Shown here one piece after another: positions 16,391 to 27,248 of a stretch of DNA of 64,000 nt. Location: NCBI GenBank assembly GCA_020891255.1, contig BQFW01000011.1, positions 1 through 64,000 of the forward strand. The letters run 5' to 3'. This DNA comes from Entomortierella parvispora E1425. Taxonomy: Eukaryota; Fungi; Mortierellomycota. The notes beneath the pieces were generated by a model, which had not been told where the DNA came from, searched no databases, and saw nothing but the letters and a program-made list of their open reading frames with translations. Made by a program: the position numbers and the translations under genes. The stretch's first letter is position 1. Each line of letters opens with the position of its first letter.

Positions 16391-17425
16391 TCAACCCTGA
16401 CCAGGGATAGCAGTGAGATAGTCCTCAAGAAGCGGAGGATTCATTGTAAAGTACGTGACAGTGTTGTTTGATCGGCCAAGGCAAGTGAGAATGTTGGTAA
16501 ACAGAGCACACAAAAGATAGTAGTTACCATTATTATTCCCTCGCGTTATAAGGCGCAGGTGACGGCAGTCAACAAGCCAACTCCAACTGTGGTCAATCAA
16601 GGCAAATCCATCGTCAGCACAACGGAGCGGACGCTCCATAGAAGAGTTAGAGCGGGCACGGGTCCTACTAATATTTCCACCCTGATGTGGACTACGGAGA
16701 TTCTCAGCGATGTCGGCATAGCTCTCGTTGCCATAAATGGCCATTGAGAGGCCATGCGTATCACGAGCGCGTTGGACCATGGTGTTCCGAAATCGAGACG
16801 CGTTGAAGATGGACCTTTCACTTCTGGATCCTGGATATGGACCGCTCATATGTGAAATCAGACCGTCCGGAGTACAGACCATCAGGAATTTCATCGCGTG
16901 CCTTCCACCACCGACGGAGTACAATTCACGATAAACAGCTGACAGCGGCCGACATATCCTAATGCTTTTGCAGGTTATGAACCCCCAACACTTTTCCTGG
17001 TCACCTCCATTGGCTCGGACTCTTGCAGCAAGAACTTCTAGGTACTCGGGCGTCAGCCGAATATGATCAAACTGGAGGGTGTGCTTGAAACGGGTGAGGA
17101 TGAACTCTTGGATACCAACAAGAACGAGGGATACAACAGTCTGATTACGACAAAAGTGGTCAGCCATATCGGCAATACGACGAGAGCATCTTAAGCGGTA
17201 GCAGAGCATACTAAGAGCTTGCAGCCTTGGAACGAACATCTTGTTTGATAACGGGTGTATAGATTTTACTGTTGATTCCTGTATAGAGTTATGAACCTTA
17301 CGTCTGAGAATGAACGTTGTGTCTGAAAACAGAATGGGTGGGATGCCAGAGAATGAACGTTTGCCGAAAATAGAATGGGTGGGATGCCAGCGTTGCTCAC
17401 AGACCACTTCCAAACCCTGGCTCAA
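16391..17425 (-). CDS. PIF/Harbinger (HARBI1/DDE_Tnp_4-like) transposase-derived protein with substituted catalytic residues
   Basis: LCYRL..R..DMADHFCR; RLTPEYLEVLA; CWGFITCK (normally IDGT); MKF..VCTPDG; IYGNESY (normally GDPAY); RCADDGF (normally VEWGF); open ORF. Confidence 0.8.
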   Translation of the reverse strand: MSQGLEVVCEQRWHPTHSIFGKRSFSGIPPILFSDTTFILRRKVHNSIQESTVKSIHPLSNKMFVPRLQALSMLCYRLRCSRRIADMADHFCRNQTVVSLVLVGIQEFILTRFKHTLQFDHIRLTPEYLEVLAARVRANGGDQEKCWGFITCKSIRICRPLSAVYRELYSVGGGRHAMKFLMVCTPDGLISHMSGPYPGSRSERSIFNASRFRNTMVQRARDTHGLSMAIYGNESYADIAENLRSPHQGGNISRTRARSNSSMERPLRCADDGFALIDHSWSWLVDCRHLRLITRGNNNGNYYLLCALFTNILTCLGRSNNTVTYFTMNPPLLEDYLTAIPGQG

Positions 17426-17677
17426 TCCAGCGACGAAGGACTAGCAGCTGGCCTGTGTGTGCTGTCTGTTGACACCGAAAAAACAGACAGAGGGATATAG
17501 CTTTGTAGCCATCTTGATAGTCGACTGGACTTGTTCAAGCTGTAAACAGTTGGGCTCGAACTTCACTTTACGCACTTTGCTCAATAAAACTCGCCTCACA
17601 GAAAAGACAAAAAGACGTTCAAAAAATCACCAGCTTTATTCTCTTCTTTCTCTTCTTTCTTTCCTTCTCTCCTTTGC

Positions 17678-20600
17678 TCAAAGTTCACTCTCTAGCGCAT
17701 CCTGAGCCTCGGCATGATGGCCCACAGGAAGCGCTGCCATGCAGCTGTGGTTGAAGTGGTAAGAGACATTGTCTACTCTCTTAATATCATCCCCCGAGAT
17801 AGTTGTAAAAACAAACCTGCGACTATCGCGCTCGAGCTCTTCCTTGCAAGCACCGCAAACAGGCCGCTTCCCTTTCTTGCTGACAGAACAAACACTAAGA
17901 CCAGCAGGGTAGTAGGTCTTCTTACTACGGCGGGTCTTGAGAGTGTCTTGAAAGGGTGGCAAAGTGACCTCTCCTCTTTGGCTTCGGCGAGTGCCAATCA
18001 CCTTGGTTTCGCTACTGGCAGTACTCTTGGCCTTGCCATTAGCACTGACAGACGGAGAGCCCTTCTGAGGCTTGGCAGACTCCTTGCACGGATTGGTATC
18101 ACTCCTGTCAACAGTACTGGTGCTATGTGATTCGGCATCTGCAGTTGGGCTGCCATTGCTTGAGCCCATCGAAACGACATCTTTTGCGATCAGCGACAAG
18201 TCCTCCTCCGGGTCTGGGCGCTCAATAATATACCAAACATGAATGATTCGGTAGCCAGGGGGATGAGTGACCGACTTGATTGGTACATTGCGGATGAGTC
18301 TTCCTCTTCTCGCTCCATCATACACAAATGCAACCGTACCAGCAAAGACCGTGCAACAGAAGTGCGTCCCGTTACTGTACATTATGGCTGCTCGCTTGTA
18401 ATCCTTGAGGTTCATGGTCAGAAACGCCGGAGGTATACATGGTCCTGCTTCTCCATTGACTTCATAAGCGGATTGAAGGAAGTCGAGAACCAACATATAG
18501 GGATGGGTTGTCAAAGTTATCGGTCCTGTTGATTTTCTCTCTCCTGCGCAGGCGTGCCAAAACTCAAGCCCTCCATCGACATTGATCAGCGACTCCACTC
18601 TTGTGTCCTCTCCGATCATCTCGGAATCACCCCCAGATGATACGTCGACCTTGGTTGAACAAGTAAACTCAGTCTGACGAGTCCATGATTGGTCAAAAGA
18701 ACTCTGGGTAATCCTCGCGCAGGCCGACATCACAACTGCTCTTGGGGTGAACATTTCGATCCGCTGTGGACATTCCAATCGGGTGCACTCCGTCGTTCTT
18801 ACTGTCTCGAAACGCGTCAAACCAGGTAGAATATCAAGAAATACCTCCTCCAAACTCTTGAAGAGGTCATGGTGCTGATCTCCAGCTAGCTCCATCGCCT
18901 CAGTGCACCACAGCTCTCGCGCGTAGTCGTACCGTGTGGCCCGGATCTCCTCCATAACTCGTAACAACGTTTGACCCGCATTTGATCTTGCGACGGCTGA
19001 TGGGAGAGTCGCCCCAGAATGTTTTGATAGCAGGAACCAGGCCATCAAAGTTGTGTCGACAGGGCAACTGTTCTCGAATGTGAATCGATTCGCAACAGGC
19101 TCTTGTCTCCTCCATGGGATCCCAAAGGTATCCCAGTCGATATCTCCGACAGATCTGATGGAGGGCAATACATTACGACTTCCTCTTGGCCGTCCTGCAC
19201 CTCTGCCTTCGGTGTCCCTTCCTGTGTCCCTGGGTCCGATGACACGCTTTCTTTTGGCACCCTTTGCTTTGGTGTTGGTTTCTTCGTCAAGAAGGGCCTT
19301 GGTGGTGTCCGGTGCTCGACCGTCATTGGTGTACTTGACATTTACCAGTGGCTTTCTTGGCACGAAGCTGTCGTGTTGTGCCCGCAACTTCATCCCAGCA
19401 GTCTTCCTTCGATTTTTTGCACCTTCTCTGGATGATCGAGACCTCTGTGTAGGATTTTCCTTCCTGCTGTCCTTGTAGCGAAGAACACCACCCTGACACA
19501 CGAATTCGAAGTCCTCCATGAAGCTCTCTTGGTATCTGACGATCGCTGAGACCCCTTGGATGATCGAGCAAGTTGGGTGCGTACGCTTGACGAATAACTT
19601 GAAGTCTCCTCCCAGACTCTCCTGGGCGTTGGTGTCTTTACTGATTGTTTCCTTCGCTGCAACATCCCGAAGTGCAGGGAAAATAATCTTGGAACGATCT
19701 TGATGAAGGTAGAAGTCAAGCCAACGGCGGATCTTGGGAAACCTCTCTAATAATCCGGCTACCATATTATCGAACTCGAAGCGGGTCACAGAGCTGGATG
19801 CAAGCATCATGGCGTCAACGTAGAAGTCCATCTCCTTTCCCGGTGGAATAATGGCGCCATTTTTGCGAATCCGGACTACCGATCGCTCGTAATGGACAAT
19901 GCAGTAGCCAAAGTATCGCTCGAGAACGAAGTCTTCAGGAGCGATGTCAAAACGCTCAAGGACAGCGTCTTTGAATCCAATTCGCTCTGCATCTGCAAAG
20001 TCACAGGTCATCCCAGGAAAGTTTTCGTCGAAGTCGTCCCAGTCTCGATAATTAAGGACGTCGAATACGGCCAGGAAATGCTTCTTGTAGTGTTCGGAGG
20101 TCTTGCCAAGGTGGATCGTCATTGTTATCGGTACTGTCCGGTCAACAAAATCACTGAAGGCCGAGGTGACCGTAACGCAGATATCGGCGTAGTGGTCGTC
20201 CGTTACAATATCATGAATCGAATCCGTCGACAACGAAGAATCCAGTGTCTGAGCGTGCTCTCGGATAAAGTCAATGACAATTGATATGTGTCCATCAAAC
20301 GATGAAATACTTGAGGACACTACGAAGCAGGACCCGACCACTTCCTCCAAAGCCGCTAGCGAACCAAGGTCGTTGGCGCTTCGATTCTTGTGTATGATCT
20401 TGTTCCGGAGGTGTCTCACATAGCTGAGATTGCGATATACCATATACTTCCGGCTGATGGGGTCTCGCAACTCCGTCTTGTGGAGAAGGTGCTTGGGTCT
20501 GCTTTCAGGAGCCGTAGAAACAATCGTCTCCAGGTAATTCAACGCATCCTGCGACGCGCGCTTCGGGATTGGTGCCTGATGTGTATGGTAACCGCGATGG

Positions 20601-21151
20601 GTGAACTTGATGCATCCCCCTTCCTCGACCAAATCCAGGACAGCTGTACATGGCAGATGTTCAAGCTCTCTCTCGTGGATAGCGCAAAATTGGCTCTCGG
20701 GTGTGTCCGACATGTCGATACGCGTTTCGCCTGTGACGTAATCAACAGGTCCATTAACTTTTGGTCGCCGCACCCACCGACAGTCAGGAGCTGGGCATCG
20801 CAGAATACCAAGGCACTTTTTGTGGATTTTGATCATTGACCCATCAGATTTGATATTGCGCCGGTAAACTTGAGTCGCCCAGCCTACACTCCGAGCGAGT
20901 AAAATGGTGTCATAGTCCTGGACATTGCGCTTAAACTTGATGTTTCCATTTGGGAACTCGTCGCTTGACTCGAGGCTTCTACAATTCGTTTTTTTTAAAA
21001 AAAAAAAAAGTTAGCAGACAGACTATAGCCCCGAGAGGAATGAGATGAGATGCAGTAGTATCCATACCCTCTGCTATTTTCTGAGGAAGCTGCCTCTCTC
21101 GAGGACTTTAGTTTCTGCTCGTCAGCAGGCGTAGCACCGACATGCAGCCTA
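17678..21151 (-). CDS. Mutator (MULE) transposase with GCM-type zinc domain, AT-hook-like motif, USP-like cysteine protease domain and C-terminal PARP-type zinc finger; extra 5' exons likely
   Basis: GCM: DEFPNG..VGWAT..KKCLGILRC..C..HRGYHTH; MULE: STDS, TCDFADA, CIVH, TNAQES; GRPRG; NSCPVDTTL..GTHF..YDG; C-x2-C..YH..C. Confidence 0.8.
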
Positions 21152-21479
21152 AAAAAGACAAGAATCTGAATAAATACCAGGGAACGTACGAGAACGACAC
21201 AGAAAAAAGACGACAGGGATCAACATAAAACGTCATCAAGTGGCGAACATACCCAGCCTGACAGAAATTGTAGGTCTAGCATTTAAAACATAGGAGTATG
21301 GCGGTTAGGACCACTAGCAATCGATCCTCACCATGGCTTGGGATCAAGGAACTGTCGTCGACGTTCAAAAAAAAAAAAAAAAAAAAAAAAACTTACAGGT
21401 CATCTGGAATAACGATAGGGTTATTTGAGCTATAAAAGAAAGAGAGATTAGATCGAAAGAAAAAAGGAACACACCAAAG

Positions 21480-23240
21480 TCAATTGAACTTCTGATCATC
21501 ATACCTGGAGCAGGGTTTTCTCACTTCATGACGAGAGCCGGGGTAATAACAGACAAACGGATCAGCAACTGGATGACCAGCAAAAGAGACGCCAGCAAGA
21601 TGGCCAGCAAATGGGCCTGCAAGACCTGCATATGGACCAGCATCAGGGTGTCCAACATATGGACCAGCAAATGGATGACCAGCAAATCGACGACCATCAA
21701 GTGGACCAGCAACAGGAAGCTTGGCAATCGGACCAATAAAAGGGCCAGAAACAGGACGAGAAACAGGAAGCGGGCTATACACAGTAGAATACGTCAGCTT
21801 TCAGATATATGAAGGAAGGATGACAGTACTTATGGGATGAAAGCCCTTACCCAGAATATGATCTTCTTAATCCATTAGGATGTAAGGTCATAGGTTTGGC
21901 CGCAGGAGTGGATGCCGTGTCAATTGCGAACTTGGTGCAAGTAGCAGGTTTGACAGATGCGACGACTCGGAGGGCAGGCGCCACAGGCGCTGCAATCAGG
22001 GGGGTGGGCACCACAGGTGCGGCAATTGGGGGGGTAGGCACCACAGGCGCAGCAATCGGGGGGGTGGGCACCACAGGCGCGGTATTTACGGTCTTATCGA
22101 GCGCTGAAGGTGTGCTAAACGGGGAAACAGACCTGGCAACTGGGGAAATAGACCGCGCAATTGACGGGGAAATAGACCGCGCAATTGACGGGGCAGACAC
22201 ACAAGCTCCGGTCTTGGCAAGTGTAGCAGGTGCAGCAACTGGGGAGGGGGAGAGCCTTTTCGAAAACTTTGCCACAAGTCTAGACAGAAAAGAAAAGCGG
22301 GATCAAAGGCGAAATAATGAGTAAATTAGCAAGGAAAGCGTTCATTTCGAGATTTTAGAACTGAACATACCCATGCCCAGATCTGGTTGTCGTCAAGGTA
22401 AGTTTAGTGCTCGTGTTTGAAATTTCTCTGTCTGCGAGGAGGGTAACAGCGTCAGTCTTACGAAAAGCGGCTGCTTCGCGGTAGCTTCGTTGAAAATGGC
22501 AAATAATAGACAAGTGGGTGAAACAGATGGTCAGTTTGATATCGAAAGTTGAGCTTGATATGAGCTTGATATGAAAAGAACAAAGGTCGGGTCACTAGTT
22601 GGTACCTTAGTCGCGAACCGTCCTTTTCGCGACAGACCTTAGAGTCACTATTAACCGTTTACGCAAAAAAAAAAGAAAAAAAAAAAAAAAGACAGGCTAG
22701 ACGTTAATATGATGATCGTACAAATCAGTAACAAGACAAGTAGAAACATACGGAGACTCATCGTCGCTCTCGATGGTGATGACATCTTGATGCTTGACGC
22801 ACGTTCTACGTTTTGAATAGGAAGAATCTCAGTAGACTGCCACAAGGAGGAATGGCTTCAAAAGTTCAGCTGATGTTTACTTACTCTTCTTTCGACGCAA
22901 ACTCGGGAAAACCCTCCGAAGAAGAGGAAGAAGGGGCGGAGAGACGGCGATTTGGATTTGCCCAGCTCAGGAACTCTTCTTCTGAAGTAGAAATTGACGG
23001 AGGAAGGGCGAGAAGGCGTCTCGCCCTCTTCGCGGTTCGAGGCTTCTGGGGGCTTCTTCCCAGAGGCGATGGGGAGGGTGCCCGCTTGCTCTCTCGATCC
23101 CCACCTTGATCAGCAATACGGTTGATTAGAGGGGGAAGTTCTCTAAGTTTATCGGGATTGATTTTGGCGTCCTTCACCATTGAAGCGACTCGCAACGCGA
23201 GATCCATATCTTCGATGGAGTAGAGGGGGTTTCTGCTCAT
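21480..23240 (-). CDS. Low-complexity Pro/Ala/Ser-rich ORF segments, possibly 5' exons of the MULE gene or a second element gene
   Basis: Minus-strand ORFs 21480-21782, 21847-22275 and 22881-23240 separated by GT-AG intron-like gaps; no domain recognised. Confidence 0.35.
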
Positions 23241-23821
23241 TGTGAAGGAAGGTGTATTGGAATGAGCTAATGAGGGTAGAGTTGAAGGGTGATGAAGAAA
23301 TGAGAGAAGAAAAAAGATATCAGCAAGTTGGCGCCTTCTTCAATTTGGGCAGTTCTTCCTGGCGGCGAGGCAGCAGCAGTCGTCCTGCCGGAGCTTAATT
23401 CCGGTACTGTTTGATGTGAGCATCACTTGAGAACAAATCAAAGGCCAGAAAGTGAGCAGCACTAAAGTGTATACGTACAGTACAGCAGTAGTAGCTGAAA
23501 GGCGGGGCTTTATTTCGCGTTACTCCGTCCATCCGGGAACCAACCCAATGACCAATGGCATGACTGTAGACTGAAAGGATACCAAAAGGAGCAGTTCCGG
23601 GACCCCACCTGTGCTCACCGCGTCCAGTCTAGAAATCGCTCATTAGGATTTTTCACAGGGTTGCAAACGAACGGGAGTCATTGGCACGTGCCGTAAAGGG
23701 GGCCTCATTTGAACTTCCGTGCTGGCATGGGAAGAAATGCCAGTTAGCAGGCAAATCACAGGACGGCATGGGCATGAGTCATATCTCTCTAGAGTACTCT
23801 CTAGGTTGTACGTTGAAGCAC

Positions 23822-25883
23822 TTACTGCAAAAGCTGTGATAACTGGATAACCTTCTGGGAAAGGTCGTATATCGCGTCAGACATGGCTGTAAGTTGCTCT
23901 CCGATGTATGGCGACAGACTATCTAAACGAAGTTGACTTCTATCCGTTTCGCTTCCCAACCCCGCTAAGGCCGGCCGTGAACTACCAGATTGCTGAGAGA
24001 CGAGATCTAGCTTTATCCGTTTGGCCGACCTATCCGCGAGGGTGGTTGATATGGCACCATATTCTACTGACCGTGACCTTGACCTTGACCTTGACCGTGA
24101 TAGTGACCGTGACCGTGACCGTGATTGAGCGTTTTTTCTCTTCGTCTTCCGCTCTATCCTCTTGCTGTTCATTTCCCCCTGCTCTGTACATTTCGCCACT
24201 GCGTTTGTACGTCGGAAAAGCACGACGGAAATAGGTTGCACTCAGCTCAGAAAGCTCCTTGACCCAATTGAAGAGGATAGTTGGCTCGAACGCGTATTCC
24301 CTCCCGATGTTCCTGCTGATATATTGGTAATCGGCATACTTCTTCAAAAGTAGGTCGTACATGGACCAATAAGCTTGTCCTGTCACTCCCTGAAAAACTG
24401 GCTCTTGATGCCCTAGGTCGTGGGCCCAATCTCTGAACAGGTACCCATCTCGAGAAGGCCGGAATAATTCTTTTTTATCTTTCCCGGGTAGGTTGTCCAA
24501 AAGTTCCCGGAATCTCCTGACAAGGAACACTACAGCGACCAGAATGTATGCCTGGTTCTGGCCGTTACATTTCGGTCGCAGAAGACGGAATCTTGGGGAA
24601 CTGTGCTTGGGATTGACTTTCCCTACGTTATCCCCTTGCCATAGAAAGACCCCTGCCACAACATAACAACCTCATGTTAAGAAGGTGTCTAGTTTCTCAT
24701 ACAACTCGGACAAATAAAAGAACCAGCTATGTACCTCTTTTTCCTTCAACTAGATCGGCTGCATTGGGAGGGTCCCTGAAAAAGTTAAAGAGATCCCTGT
24801 AATCCTGGAGGTGAGTGCTGGAATTCTTCATGGATGTCTTGATGTGGACGGGGGAATTGACGAGATGGAATGGCAATTTGGGCGAAGCTTGTGATGAAAC
24901 AATAGAGGATAAGCCACTATATGTCACGTGTGATGTGTAGTGTGTGCACGTGATTGGTGGTATAATTCATAATAAGAAATTATTCATTTGTGTCCCAAGT
25001 TGGTTTTGCTCTTGTGGATGCAGCAGCACATTTTTTTCCACGAGATCCTAGGATCAACGCACAGATTGGCCTATATCTTTTTTTTTTTTTTTTTTTTTTT
25101 TGCAGACTAACGAGTCTGCCCAGGGCAGATGCCACTGGTGTAGCATTCTGCAACGGAAAGACAGGAAGGACGATAGATTTTTTTGTTTTACTGTCAAAAA
25201 AGTCTTCCCCAGGCAGTACTGATGTGTCCATTCTCGATCAGGACCGAAAGGGGGGCGACAACAGTTGACCTTAGTTAGCCAAAGACAGGCGGAGGAAGAT
25301 ATAGTCCCACGCCGTGCAGGGGTTGTGCCTGTGGTATACGCCCTGGGTTATGGCGCCAGTAGGTCTGGAATCGAGGAAGGAGTCAAGCGGCAGAGGAGGA
25401 AGACTATGCATGGCAATGTTTTTTTTTTTTTTGTCATGGTATCCTGATATCCTGATATTCGCGCTTTTACTCTCGCACAAACTTCCCAAAGACACTACAC
25501 AATGAATGAGGGCAGCAGTCGGCTCCCCGGTGATTTTGGCGAGCCTCCTTCCGTAGGCTTACTGTGGATCTGGTTTCTAGCCCTCATGGCGCCTCTATTT
25601 CGAGGATACACTGGCTGCTGCTTGCAACCCGTCACATTGCGCAAGTAGCCGTAGCATCGAAGTCTTCTCGCTGTTGCCAATGATTCTCCCCTCCTTTTCA
25701 TCTCATTCTCTCTTCTATTTTTCTATTATGGCCTGCAGTGGGTTGTTTGGTTGGCATCCTGTAATCGCAATAACGGGTTGATGTGATCGAGTGGCATGAT
25801 GAAGAGGTACAGGTTCTGCATGTATCAGCCTCACTGTCACAGTCGGATACGCAGAGGAGAGATGGTGGAAGGGAAAGGGTCAT
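23822..25883 (-). pseudogene. Multi-exon paralogue of the 14836 Myb-like gene, with RS repeat and coiled-coil tail; apparent frameshift near 24130
   Basis: NGQNQAYILVAVVFLVRRFRELLD..DGYLF..EPVFQGV aligns with NGGNQRRIFLAVRYLVKRFRDLTD..DGELY..EPSLKGV; the SRSRSR tail is in a different frame. Confidence 0.55.
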
Positions 25884-27248
25884 ATAATCACTACGAGGAT
25901 TAATGTGGTTTGTGAGAGCTACAGGCAGAGGAAGGGCAAGGGGGTTTATACTACAAGGTAGACGAGATCCTGTAGTGGGTATGAGCGTGGATGATGAACC
26001 TAATAGAACTGGATGGGAAGCGGTGTAACTACGATCTGGCCTGGCGATGAAATGAACCTATGGGTGAGCAGACAACAGTGTGGCTGAAGTAGTAATGGTC
26101 AGAATGGCAGGGATTGGCGGGGGCAGAAGTCGATCGGGATTCAAGGTGCCATTTCAGTGAGCTCGAGCACAGGCCCCATTTTGTAGAGACAAGAGGAGCA
26201 ACAGAACGTCAGTTTGACGTCCATGACCATTCGAAGGACAGTAAGTTTTTTTCTTTCTTGTGTAGAACACTGACAACGAGTAGCTGCCAGTGCCTCTTGG
26301 GAAACCACAGCACAGACCAATCCAGCAGACAAAGAGGTTGATTCTATTTTCAGAGTTTTTTTTTTTGAGCAATGGTCAATTCTATTTTCAGACACAACGT
26401 TCATTCTCAGACGTAAGGTTCATAACTCTATACAGAAATCAACAGTAAAATCGTGTGACCCTTATTTTAGTCAGTCCATTTTGTGTATCAGCAAATACAT
26501 CGGGCTGAGTTTGGGAAGTGGCGGGGTCTGTGCGATGCGTCATCTTCGGTGACGTGTCAAATAGATTCAATTGTGCACACTTCCATCATCCGCCTGCTCT
26601 TGCGCTCTGTCACGCACTCTCTTCATCCTTCACTCTCGCCTCACCCCATTCGTCAAGTGCCTTTGTCATTGTATCACTTGTTTGCTCACCTCTAAAGCAT
26701 CATCTCTGTTCTTGTCGCGCCCATCATAAAGGTAATGTGGCTTGTTGCAGAAACTCCATTTCTGAAAGTTGAGGCTGGAAAATGCGGATTGCAAATCACG
26801 ACTTTTTTGTCAGAGCCGGTGCTCCTTTAGTTTGTTCCGTGTAGTTCGCAGCGGAAAAGCGGGGAGTGGGGTGAAGAAGGGTGATTTGCTCAGCTTATGC
26901 TGCAGAGTTTGTCTTCGAACAAGCTGGTTCTCTCCAAGTGTGTTTTTCGTTTAGTTCGCGGCGAAAGGGCGGAGAGTGGAGTGAAGAGGAACGCTGATTT
27001 AGTTTGGAAGGCCCATGCACGCTAGTTCTGGTTCTCTTTTAGCCATGCTTCTGTGTCAGTTCGCGGCAGAAGGGCGGAGGGTGGAGGCTACTGTGTTCAA
27101 CTAATTCCTGTTTGCATGAGCGCTCGCAGAGTTCTTGCTGCATTCTCTCTACTGACTTTTTTTTTTTTTTTTACCTTTTTGCCAATGTGACCAACATCTT
27201 TGTTGTGTCAATGTCCTTTGGTTAGAGGCAACCATACCAAAGTATACG

